Below are positions 18,118 through 27,425 of a stretch of 53,144 nucleotides of DNA, piece by piece. A program made the position numbers and the translations under genes. Below the pieces are notes generated by a model. That model saw nothing but the letters and a program-made list of their open reading frames with translations. It made no database searches and was not told the DNA's origin. The DNA is taken from assembly GCA_019894975.1 (NCBI GenBank), contig JAGXNO010000024.1, positions 1 to 53,144 of the forward strand. Reading direction: 5' to 3'. Numbering within the stretch: position 1 is the first letter of the stretch; every line of letters begins with the position of its first letter. This stretch comes from Promethearchaeota archaeon. Its GTDB lineage: Archaea; Asgardarchaeota; Lokiarchaeia; Sigyniarchaeales; SOKP01.

Positions 18118-19779
18118 TTGGAAGCTGCTCTAATTTTAAGCCGATTTGATCCTCTCTACGGTCCGAAAATAGTTTTAAAGGCCCCTCAATCGTTAGAGGA
18201 AGAAATTGTAACTAAGATTCCTTCACTAATGGAGCTTCCAACAAAAGGAGTATTCATTCATATATTCGGAAAATTAAAAACGGCAAATCTATTTTTTAAA
18301 TTACTCAGCCCATTCGCCAGGGGAGGATATGAGAGTTTTCTATTGTCATTGGTTACAGATTCAAGCACAAATATTACACTAATGCTTGCGAATGAGCTTT
18401 TAGCCGGATGTGCACAATTCATTATAAAACTACATGAAGCATATAAAGCCTTCGACCACGAACCTAAAGATTTTAAAGCTGATGCCAACAAATTACATGA
18501 AATCAAAACCTTCTTTTTTTCCTATTTTGAATCAATTAGGCCAGTAATTAAGACGTTAGTGATGGCTGAGCAGAGATATCAAGCATTATTTAAAGCGGCT
18601 AAAGACGCTATTTTTATAATGAATAGAGACTCCAAAGTAATTGTAGATGTTAATTTAGAAGGAGAAAAATTAGTAGAAAAAACAAAAGAAGAAATAGTTG
18701 GGATGGGGGCACTAAATCTTGATGTATTTGACAATGGATTAGTGGATCCGAATATGGTAAAGCAGTTAATAAATCAACCACCTCCTATTATTTCTATAAT
18801 AAAACAATCGACTAATAAACAAATGTATATAGAGGTCAATGTCAATGAAATTAAACTGGGAGATGAATATTTCATCCAGTATATGTTTCATGATCTTACT
18901 GATATACACGTGATTGAGGAAAAACTTAAGGAACAAGTTAAAAAAACTGAAATTTTAAACAAAATCATCAGTGTTGCAAATCAGGCTAGTAATCTAGCAG
19001 ATTTATTACTTAAAATAAGAGATAGCTTTATTGACTTATTTGAACTTAAGGGATGCAGCATTTATTTGGTAGATAAATCCCATAATTACGCAATGATAAA
19101 AGTTCATAAAGGCTTTCCATCTTATTTTATTTTAGAAAATAATGAACTAGATATTAATGCAGAACCTTATGATGTTGTTTTTACTAAGGGAGTCGCTCTT
19201 ATTAATAATAATTTCCCCGAGGTTATAGAAAGATTTTTCAGGGGAATGGAAGCTCATTCCACAGCAATTATTCCTTTATTTTCAAAATTCGAAATTTTAG
19301 GATCGTTAAATATGATATTTAAAGACACAAAAGTCTTAAAGCCAGAAGAGATGGATTTGATAATTACAGTCGGTTTAGAATTAGGAACTGCTATTGAAAG
19401 AATGCAAAATAAAGAAGAATTAAAACAAAGTGAAATACAAAACAACGTTCTCTTTGAACATATACCTTTCTCGATTTTCAAAATCTCTGAAAAGGGAATA
19501 TTTTTAGACATTAAATTGGATAAAAAAATTGAAAAAATTATAGAACAAATAATTAACCCTAAAGAGATTATCGGAAATCATATAAGTACATTACTACCAC
19601 TTGAAACTGTAGAAGAAGCCCAAGATAAGATTAAGCAAGCTCTTAAAAATAATGAATCTCAAGAAATGAAATTTATTTTGTCAATAGGTGAGAACAAAAT
19701 TCTTTTTCACTCAAATTTTATTCCTCTTGGGGAAAAAGAAGTACTTGTATTTTTGCAAAATATAACTAGATCCTGGTAG
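18118..19779 (+). CDS. Longin/uDENN-like domain fused to PAS-GAF-PAS sensor domains; no kinase or HTH output
   Basis: LILSRFDPLYGPKIV start and PFARGG loop; AEQRYQALFKAAKDAIF...VDVN PAS ending HDLT; GAF (IIPLFSKFEILGSLN...LELGTAIER); second PAS ending QNITR. Confidence 0.8.
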   Translation: MEAALILSRFDPLYGPKIVLKAPQSLEEEIVTKIPSLMELPTKGVFIHIFGKLKTANLFFKLLSPFARGGYESFLLSLVTDSSTNITLMLANELLAGCAQFIIKLHEAYKAFDHEPKDFKADANKLHEIKTFFFSYFESIRPVIKTLVMAEQRYQALFKAAKDAIFIMNRDSKVIVDVNLEGEKLVEKTKEEIVGMGALNLDVFDNGLVDPNMVKQLINQPPPIISIIKQSTNKQMYIEVNVNEIKLGDEYFIQYMFHDLTDIHVIEEKLKEQVKKTEILNKIISVANQASNLADLLLKIRDSFIDLFELKGCSIYLVDKSHNYAMIKVHKGFPSYFILENNELDINAEPYDVVFTKGVALINNNFPEVIERFFRGMEAHSTAIIPLFSKFEILGSLNMIFKDTKVLKPEEMDLIITVGLELGTAIERMQNKEELKQSEIQNNVLFEHIPFSIFKISEKGIFLDIKLDKKIEKIIEQIINPKEIIGNHISTLLPLETVEEAQDKIKQALKNNESQEMKFILSIGENKILFHSNFIPLGEKEVLVFLQNITRSW

Positions 19780-19812
19780 ATTTATCGTAAAAAGAAAACA
19801 GGAATGTAAATT

Positions 19813-20862
19813 CTAAGTCGTAAGACTTTTTAACATACTATTTATTTTCTCACTTTTGTTTTGAAAATCAATAGCAAGAGAATCATCTCCCAATTCAAGA
19901 CAAAGATTGCTAATTTTTTCAAAGATACCTACCGCAGACTCGAACTCTCCATTTTCTAAAGCTTTCTGTACATCATCTAATAGGTTTTCTCTTTCAAGTA
20001 AAGGTTTCAATAGTGGTGATACCTTAGTATCCATATCTAGCAAGTCTGCTATTATTCGGATCATTTTAGGGCGATTTTCAGTCTCTATCGCTACGAACCC
20101 ATATGTCTTATTGCCCATTAGTCTTTCTATCTCCCCAGTCTTCATCGCATTAGGTAAATCTTGTTTATTAGCAATTATCGCAAATCGAGCATAAGGTACT
20201 GCCTTATTAACTAACTCCAGGAAGAATCGACTTTTTTCGAGGTTTTCTAAAGTTGAGTCGGTCATCAAGAGAACAGCATCACTTCCCCTTATGAATTTTT
20301 CCCATAGAAAATTAAATTCATCTTGCCCGGCAAAATCCCATAAGAAAAATGAGAGTTTTCCTATTTTAATGGTTGCTACCTCCCCGGTTATTGTAGGTAT
20401 ATGTTGCATTGGAATTTCCTCCGATTTTATTAACCGGGTTGTTGTAGTTTTCCCCACACCAGAAAATCCAACAATTGAAATTTTAGGTTTTAGATTTCTA
20501 TGAACACTATCTACAATTGGATCCAACACTTCACCTATTATCTCAAAATTATCCTCATTAAGGCTATCACCGTAAAAATTTAAGAATTCTTTCTGGAACT
20601 TTTTCAATTGGGGTTCAATATCCTTAAAATCGTCACCTAAACCGGACACAAAAATAAAAACCAAACTTGAATCTTCACTTACGATATACGATAGTTTATA
20701 CTCAAAAAATTCGTAAATACCCGTGTCGGTTCCGAACTTTGAGAATGCTACCTTTTTAACTTTTTGATAAACGTTAGTAAAAAGAGATAATTCTAAACCT
20801 TTGGCATAGCTCCTCGAATATACCAACTTATCGTTTAAAATTATAAAAACTTGACGTAGCAT
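19813..20862 (-). CDS. Arf-like small GTPase with N-terminal longin-like domain and C-terminal helical domain
   Basis: G1 GFSGVGKT, G2 PTI, G3 WDFAGQ, G4 ANKQD; ~120-aa longin-like N-terminus. Confidence 0.88.
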   Translation of the reverse strand: MLRQVFIILNDKLVYSRSYAKGLELSLFTNVYQKVKKVAFSKFGTDTGIYEFFEYKLSYIVSEDSSLVFIFVSGLGDDFKDIEPQLKKFQKEFLNFYGDSLNEDNFEIIGEVLDPIVDSVHRNLKPKISIVGFSGVGKTTTTRLIKSEEIPMQHIPTITGEVATIKIGKLSFFLWDFAGQDEFNFLWEKFIRGSDAVLLMTDSTLENLEKSRFFLELVNKAVPYARFAIIANKQDLPNAMKTGEIERLMGNKTYGFVAIETENRPKMIRIIADLLDMDTKVSPLLKPLLERENLLDDVQKALENGEFESAVGIFEKISNLCLELGDDSLAIDFQNKSEKINSMLKSLTT

Positions 20863-20902
20863 GGTGTGATTTGTATTTTCCTATTAAATTCGTATAAAAT
20901 TA

Positions 20903-21805
20903 TTAATTTAAATCCTTCTTTAATTCATCTAATATCTTAATCATATCCTCTTTTTCTAAAGTCTCAGAAAAAATTATAATATACTTGAAATTAGGATTAT
21001 GGTTATTAACACTTGTTATTATCTTATTAAATAATTTGGGACCTAAACTAACTACATTACTTTTCAATGTTATTGTCTCTGGAGATTTGCTAAGATTATA
21101 AACTTCTTCATATAAATAATACAAAATATTAGTATCAAAATCCTCTGATATTTCTTGGATTAATATATAATTATCTTGATTTGTTACAAAACAAATTGTT
21201 TTTGATGAATTTTTTAATTTATTTTTGATATTTTCCTTTAAAGTTGATGTATTTTCTGAGAAATTACTAATTGTATTTGAAATTGCATTATAGGTAGTGT
21301 ATATTAAATTTGGATGTAAACTTGTAAAATAAAGAGGTAGCTCTTCTGGAAGATCTAGTTGTTTTATTATTTGCTTTCGTATAAACGAGAGTAATGTACC
21401 TATCTTTTTCTTTATTATAAGGTCTATTTTGTGCAGAAATAGTATAATTTTCGCTCCGAATTCATGTTTTTTATTTATCTCATAAATTTTTTTAATATCA
21501 TCAATAATATCTTGAGAATCTGATATCCATGTGGGATAATCGAATACGTATATTATAGCTCCAGCATCTCCAAATGCTAATATCTGTTTTTGTTCATCTT
21601 GTAAAATGATGGGTAATGACTGACCTGGAGCATCAATCAAACTAACTTTTGAATCCATGAACTGGTGTACCGAATATTTAATTCCAATGGTCGCTTCAAG
21701 AGGAAACAATATTAAGTCGCTCGGATCCTCACCCTCAAAGATTACTTTCTTGATTGTTGTCTTTCCCATCTCAGGAGGGCCAATAATGGTTATTTTATTT
21801 GCCAT
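20903..21805 (-). CDS. Rag/Gtr1-family GTPase with C-terminal roadblock-like domain
   Basis: G1 GPPEMGKT, LEATI, DAPGQ, IYVFD, Rag-diagnostic G4 HKID, G5 TSL. Confidence 0.85.
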   Translation of the reverse strand: MANKITIIGPPEMGKTTIKKVIFEGEDPSDLILFPLEATIGIKYSVHQFMDSKVSLIDAPGQSLPIILQDEQKQILAFGDAGAIIYVFDYPTWISDSQDIIDDIKKIYEINKKHEFGAKIILFLHKIDLIIKKKIGTLLSFIRKQIIKQLDLPEELPLYFTSLHPNLIYTTYNAISNTISNFSENTSTLKENIKNKLKNSSKTICFVTNQDNYILIQEISEDFDTNILYYLYEEVYNLSKSPETITLKSNVVSLGPKLFNKIITSVNNHNPNFKYIIIFSETLEKEDMIKILDELKKDLN

Positions 21806-21935
21806 GTTGATACTTCAACTTGTTCTTTTAATTTATTTACAAGGAGCTTTTTTATTATCAAATAAAAGAAGAAATATTTAAACTTGAGGATATAAAAAGA
21901 AAAAAGCTTTACTTTCAGATAGGTATAAACTTAAT

Positions 21936-23177
21936 TTATATTTTAGAAGCAATTAAGTCAATGATATCGATTAGAAATATTTTTTCCTTGACTTCTTGAC
22001 CCATTTCGTCATAGGCATCTTTCAAATTACCTATACAAAAGGGACAGCTTGTGGTTAATATATCAGCTCCAGACTCTATTGCTTCTTTAATTCTCTCTTT
22101 TGAGATATCTTTAGCCATATCGGGATATTGGCTTTTTACACCACCGCCAGCACCACAACACCAAGCATGATTACGATTTCTTTTCATTTCAATCAATTTT
22201 ACGCTAGGAATTTTCTCAATAACATTTCTAGGAATTTCATAAAAATCCATATGACGCCCGAGGTGACAAGGATCATGATAGGTGACTTTCAATTCCTCGT
22301 CTTCAGGCGGCTTAAATGGGATCTTATCATTGTTGAGAAGGTCAATTAAAATTTCTGTAATATGTTTTACTTCGAATGGTAATTCCTCTCCTAATATTTC
22401 AGGATAGTCCTTCTTTAAGGTTCTATAACAACCTGCGCAAGCAGTAAATACAGTCTTAGCCCCCATTTTGTTTAGAAGATCAACGTTACGTTTTATTATC
22501 TCTTCTCCACTTTTGCCTATTCGTAATCCAATTGATCCACAACACCATTCGTCTCTTGATACAGCAACCTCAATTCCAGCAACCTGTAAGATTTTCATCA
22601 TATTTTTTAAGGTATTCTCCTGTCGTAAAGGCATTGTGCACCCTCCAAAGAATATTAATTCACCCTTTTCCTTAATATTTGGGAAAGCGGAGATCCACTC
22701 ATACTTTTTCACTTGTTGTTCTCCATAGGGATTTTTCATATTTTCATTATTCATCCACTCAATTAAGGATTCATGCCTTTCAAGTGGAGCGAATCCTGCA
22801 TCAACTAGATCTTTTCTTAAAGCATTCCATACTTTACAATGATCAATCCATTTAGAGATGTTTAGAACCACATTTTCATCTGATTGATGGCAGGTTTCAG
22901 TGCAATTTCCACATTCAGTGCATTGATATACAAATTCAGCTAATTCCTTGCTTAACGGGATTGAGCCTTCTAAGATACTTTTCAATACACTCATTCTTCC
23001 CCGGGAGAAATGTATTTCAAATGCTTCTTCTCCTAAGGCTTCTTTCACCGGACAAGTTAAATCTATCCCTACCATAGGATTAATAGCAAATCCACACTCT
23101 CCGCACCCCATGCACGAAAAAATTGATTCCCATTCTTTTTTTAAATTTTCCAATTCAGTCATGATTTCAATCACCAT
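21936..23177 (-). CDS. Fe-S/CCG-domain oxidoreductase subunit (HdrD/GlcF-like)
   Basis: CMGCGEC, CTECGNC...C, WCCG, YHDPCHLGR, CCGAGGG, SCPFC. Confidence 0.92.
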   Translation of the reverse strand: MVIEIMTELENLKKEWESIFSCMGCGECGFAINPMVGIDLTCPVKEALGEEAFEIHFSRGRMSVLKSILEGSIPLSKELAEFVYQCTECGNCTETCHQSDENVVLNISKWIDHCKVWNALRKDLVDAGFAPLERHESLIEWMNNENMKNPYGEQQVKKYEWISAFPNIKEKGELIFFGGCTMPLRQENTLKNMMKILQVAGIEVAVSRDEWCCGSIGLRIGKSGEEIIKRNVDLLNKMGAKTVFTACAGCYRTLKKDYPEILGEELPFEVKHITEILIDLLNNDKIPFKPPEDEELKVTYHDPCHLGRHMDFYEIPRNVIEKIPSVKLIEMKRNRNHAWCCGAGGGVKSQYPDMAKDISKERIKEAIESGADILTTSCPFCIGNLKDAYDEMGQEVKEKIFLIDIIDLIASKI

Positions 23178-24678
23178 TTAAATTAAATTTACCTCTACTT
23201 AAGATAAACTTGGGGTCGAGAATTTTCTTAATTGATTTCAATAAATTGTAATATTCTTGAGTGTAGGCACCAATTTCGACCATAAGACTTGATGGGAGAG
23301 TACCGAACATATAATATTGTACTCCGTGTTTGAATATCCTTATTAAAAGTGATTTCCATAACATAAGGTTAAGTTCGTCAATAATCTCATACTTTTTACC
23401 ATCATGATAACTGTTTGACGTATTAAATCCTACCGTATATTCTACATTGTTTCCATCAATCATTGCAATAGGTCCAGAACCGCTTAAAATTGTAAGATTT
23501 CCGGTGATTTCTGAGATTTGATTCATATCTTCTTTATTTTCATTTTCCCATGCTTGTGTATCTATAAATAATTCGGGAAGCGTGTTAATAGGAGTAAAAC
23601 ATTCTGCTGTAAACGGTTCACTCGCGGGGACCATCCCCCATAGATTGTGATACAAATGCCACGGATTTTCATATTGCCACTTAGCAAAATTACCATCTGA
23701 GAGTTCGGGGCCTAATTCTTCTGCTTTTTTGTTCAAAAATATATTGTCTAACTGTTTAACTCTTTCAGTCAGTTCTATTTCTGAGTTTGCTTCTATAGTA
23801 TAGAAAAGAATCCCCCGTTTCCTTTTTAATTGCTCCCACATCGGAAATAAACCCATGGGAGTACCAGTTCCAACTATTACCTGGGGCATATAGATTGTAT
23901 CATATACATCTATTCCCTTTCGTCTTATTTCCGTCATAATTTGAGATGCTGCTTCTACATCTTTACGGGGTAATAAAAAAGTTTTATATGCAGCAAAAGA
24001 AGGTCTTGGAAATACTTGTAAGGACACCTTCGTTTTAACACCATAAATTCCATTATCACCACAAAAAAGCCCAGCTAAATCAGGACCATTCCCAAACCTA
24101 TTGAAGGGAAATTTTGAAAATATATTAGCCTGAGAACCCGTTTCAATAATTTCACCTGTAGGTAGAACTACTTCTAATGAGACTAACTGATTTGTACAAG
24201 CACCATATTTGGCACAACCCCCGGCTCCAACTGAATGATGTGAAATTCCACCACCTATTGATGCAGTTAATCCTGATCCAGGACCTAAACTTCCGGTATA
24301 AAGTCCAAACTGGGATAAATAATCATTAAGTGTTCCCCAAGAAATTCCAGCTTCAGCAGTAACTATTAAGTTATCTTGATCTAAATTTATAATATTATTC
24401 ATTCTTTTCATGTCTAAGAGAATACCAGTATTACCATCAGCAATACTACCCCCCCATTCACAACATCCTCCACCACGGGGTATTACAGGAAAATTTTCTT
24501 TATTTGCAATTTTTAGAATTTCTGATATCTCTTCTGCATCACTTGGGCGAATAACAATATCTGGAACCCCTTGTAAGACAGGATTAACATTTCGGGAATA
24601 AGCATGACGTACATAAAGATCATTAGAAATAAATTCTTTTGACACAATTTTTTCTAATTTTTGAAATAGGGTTGACAT
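23167..24678 (-). CDS. FAD-linked oxidase (GlcD/VAO-PCMH superfamily)
   Basis: PDIVIRP, IPRGGG, LDMKRMN, EAGISW, LEVVLPTG, GPDL.GLF.G..G.YGV.TK, LDPKFIL; overlaps the CCG gene. Confidence 0.9.
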   Translation of the reverse strand: MSTLFQKLEKIVSKEFISNDLYVRHAYSRNVNPVLQGVPDIVIRPSDAEEISEILKIANKENFPVIPRGGGCCEWGGSIADGNTGILLDMKRMNNIINLDQDNLIVTAEAGISWGTLNDYLSQFGLYTGSLGPGSGLTASIGGGISHHSVGAGGCAKYGACTNQLVSLEVVLPTGEIIETGSQANIFSKFPFNRFGNGPDLAGLFCGDNGIYGVKTKVSLQVFPRPSFAAYKTFLLPRKDVEAASQIMTEIRRKGIDVYDTIYMPQVIVGTGTPMGLFPMWEQLKRKRGILFYTIEANSEIELTERVKQLDNIFLNKKAEELGPELSDGNFAKWQYENPWHLYHNLWGMVPASEPFTAECFTPINTLPELFIDTQAWENENKEDMNQISEITGNLTILSGSGPIAMIDGNNVEYTVGFNTSNSYHDGKKYEIIDELNLMLWKSLLIRIFKHGVQYYMFGTLPSSLMVEIGAYTQEYYNLLKSIKKILDPKFILSRGKFNLNGD

Positions 24679-24807
24679 CTTTTTAATTTCCTAATTAGTG
24701 CTTATAAAATAATTTATAATAGAAACGATAAACTACTTAAAGTTAATCAATTTTAAAAAATCGTTAGAGATTTATACTATTGTAAATTAAAAAGATAGAA
24801 ATAGACG

Positions 24808-25092
24808 ATGTATTATAGGGGATACATTTTAATAAGGTTGCGGGCAATGGGGACTGAATGGGAGGTCGTCAAAAAGCTTACTGGACTTAAATCAATAAAG
24901 TCAGATGAAGACTGGAAGATCACATATGTTACTCCAATATATGGGGGATGGGATGTCATCGTTGAATGTTCCTTTTCTAAGCTTAAAGATCTAGATAAAA
25001 TTGTTACTTATTGTAGGGTTGATAAAGATTTATCACTTTGGATTGAAGAAACAACAACCTTAATGGGATCAAAGAAAGATTTTCTTGAATAG
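24808..25092 (+). CDS. Lrp/AsnC ligand-binding (RAM) domain protein
   Basis: GYILI...G.EWEVV..L...PIYGGWDVIV...EETTTL pattern; no HTH. Confidence 0.75.
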   Translation: MYYRGYILIRLRAMGTEWEVVKKLTGLKSIKSDEDWKITYVTPIYGGWDVIVECSFSKLKDLDKIVTYCRVDKDLSLWIEETTTLMGSKKDFLE

Positions 25093-25122
25093 ATATATTT
25101 GAATAATTAAATCGTTTAATTT

Positions 25123-25698
25123 ATGAAAAAATTTACAATTATTAGTAGCCTAACCGTATTATTAGTGATACCGATATTTTTTGGTATTTACACGGAATAT
25201 CTTTTAGTAGGTGAGTTAGAATTAAATGCAGTTCTAGTCTTAATACTGGGTTCTTTCCTACTTCTACTAATAGGTTGGGTTATTAACTCATTTGGTTTTA
25301 ATAAAAAGGATATTGAATTAATGAAAAATCATAATGTTGTCAGTGCACTAATTGGTGGTAATGAGATTATTTTGTGGGTTTTCTTTCCAATTACTATGAT
25401 AATGGAAGAATTAATCTTTAGGTATTACGTATTAAGCATTCTGGTCTTGACATTCCACGTTGAGAGAACAATAAGCATTTTTATATCAAGTTTAGTATTT
25501 TCTCTTTACCATATTCATACCTGGTTTACTTTTAAAAGCTCAAAAATTCTCCTAATTAATATTAGTTATACGTTTATTTTGGGATTATTTAATGGATATA
25601 TTTTTTTCATGTTTGGAATTATTCCCTGTATTATCATTCATTATTTAATAGCACTCTCCCTGTATTATAATCTTTATAGAAAGAACTTTAGGGTCTAA
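25123..25698 (+). CDS. CPBP (CAAX prenyl protease II/Abi) family intramembrane metalloprotease
   Basis: EELIFR, FSLYH and a C-terminal H motif within TM helices. Confidence 0.85.
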   Translation: MKKFTIISSLTVLLVIPIFFGIYTEYLLVGELELNAVLVLILGSFLLLLIGWVINSFGFNKKDIELMKNHNVVSALIGGNEIILWVFFPITMIMEELIFRYYVLSILVLTFHVERTISIFISSLVFSLYHIHTWFTFKSSKILLINISYTFILGLFNGYIFFMFGIIPCIIIHYLIALSLYYNLYRKNFRV

Positions 25699-25701
25699 CT
25701 T

Positions 25702-26583
25702 ATGATGATGTTATTTTTCCGTGAATTAAGAAGTGATGATATTCCGTCAATTAAAGAAATTAGCAAAGATATATGGGAGGGAGAAGATTATGTTCCTCAA
25801 GTCATAGATAACTGGCTTAACGACGGAAATTGTATGAATTATGGCGCATTCAGAGATGAGGGAAGAAAAGAAATGGTTGGTTTTGGACGTGTAAAACTAT
25901 TTAACCGAGATATAGCATGGTTGGAAGGAGGACGAGTAAAAAAGGATTACCAAAAGAAAGGTATTGGAAGAGAGATGATAAAATATGCTCTTGATTATGC
26001 TAAAAGTATAAAAGTAAGGAAGGCACAATTTGATACATCCTCAAAAAATCTAGGTTCTACCGCTCTAGCTAAATATTTTGGGTTTAAACAAAAGAAATCT
26101 ATGAATGTTTTGAATGCAAAACGTCCAGATATCAAATCATCTGGATTCCCCTCGATTGAAGTAAAGAAAGTATCAGCTAAAGAATCTAAGAAGCTGTATC
26201 CAACTTTCAATATCGGCCCTAGTGATGAAATATGTATGGGATGGTCCTACAAATCATTAAAATATCTATCTGACGATGATGGAGATTGGTATGTGGTTAA
26301 TTCTGATGCGATATTACAAAAAATTACATTCAAGAGTGTTTCAATTCAAGAGGGACCAGAAGAGAATGACATCTGGTTAATTGCCTATGGAAAGACAAAA
26401 CTATCCTTTGAGTTAATTCAATATATTCTTCAACAGGAACTTAAAAATAAAGAAAATAATAGTTTTGAAATCTTCTGTGCCCCAGAAGTAGCATCCCTAG
26501 TCGAAAATATAGGTTTTTCATATTATGATGGAGAACCATTTGGGGTTGTTTTATATGAGAAAATCCTGAATAAGAATGATTAA
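25702..26583 (+). CDS. GNAT-family N-acetyltransferase
   Basis: IWEGEDY, AWLEGGRV...YQKKGIG acetyl-CoA motif A, N..S..L...FGF. Confidence 0.88.
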   Translation: MMMLFFRELRSDDIPSIKEISKDIWEGEDYVPQVIDNWLNDGNCMNYGAFRDEGRKEMVGFGRVKLFNRDIAWLEGGRVKKDYQKKGIGREMIKYALDYAKSIKVRKAQFDTSSKNLGSTALAKYFGFKQKKSMNVLNAKRPDIKSSGFPSIEVKKVSAKESKKLYPTFNIGPSDEICMGWSYKSLKYLSDDDGDWYVVNSDAILQKITFKSVSIQEGPEENDIWLIAYGKTKLSFELIQYILQQELKNKENNSFEIFCAPEVASLVENIGFSYYDGEPFGVVLYEKILNKND

Positions 26584-26808
26584 ATTAGTATAAGAAGAAA
26601 AGGAGAAAAAAGCAAGAAAATTCCAAAATTGTGGTTGACGTAAGGAGATTGTTTTTAGTAAGAAATTTTCTGACCTTTTTCTATAATCTAGTAGATCGCA
26701 GAAGTGGTATTTAAATAATTTTAATTTAGATTATAAAGTATAATCTGTAGGTACTTTCAAATCATAAAATATGAATGAGTTTCAAAAATAAAAAAGAGAA
26801 AAAAATTA

Positions 26809-27318
26809 TTAGGATTCAATTTTTGTTGAATTGGCTTGATATCCATGACCACATCTAATACAAAATACAAATCCTTTATTAAATAAGGTTTGAACCATTG
26901 AATCTGAGAATGGACTTCCGCATTCACTGCAAAAGGCAACATCAGATTGCACGGTTTTATAAGTTCTTTGAACAGGGGTAATTGGTTCGGGTTCTTTTAC
27001 TACTATTACTTGAGGAGGAGCTTGTTGTTCTTCTACCGCTGTAGATTCAGGTTTTGGTTTTCCTGAAATTGCATAATATAAACCTTCAAATATTTTGTAG
27101 AAAAGTAATCCTATTCCTTTCAATAGATAAAATACTCCTTTCAGCACATAATAAACTAGATATGCAACTCCCTTTAAGACAAAATATACGATGACCACAG
27201 CCAGAGCCAATACCGCAAATACTCCAATTAAAACTAAGATCTGTCCGTATAAAGGTTGAGTTGCAAACCAATTCACAATTTCTTCCCATGCCACACCAAA
27301 AATAAATACTTCACTCAT
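26809..27318 (-). CDS. Membrane protein with C-terminal zinc ribbon
   Basis: Long hydrophobic/amphipathic segment with repeated LKG units; FCSECG...FCIRCG. Confidence 0.8.
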   Translation of the reverse strand: MSEVFIFGVAWEEIVNWFATQPLYGQILVLIGVFAVLALAVVIVYFVLKGVAYLVYYVLKGVFYLLKGIGLLFYKIFEGLYYAISGKPKPESTAVEEQQAPPQVIVVKEPEPITPVQRTYKTVQSDVAFCSECGSPFSDSMVQTLFNKGFVFCIRCGHGYQANSTKIES

Positions 27319-27425
27319 TTTTTAATCACTCCAAATTAATTTTTATTCTTAATTAAAAAGTGATTTTAGTTAAATTAAAAAAATTCGGAGTCCAATTTTT
27401 AGAATTTCTTTAAAAGAATTAGAAT

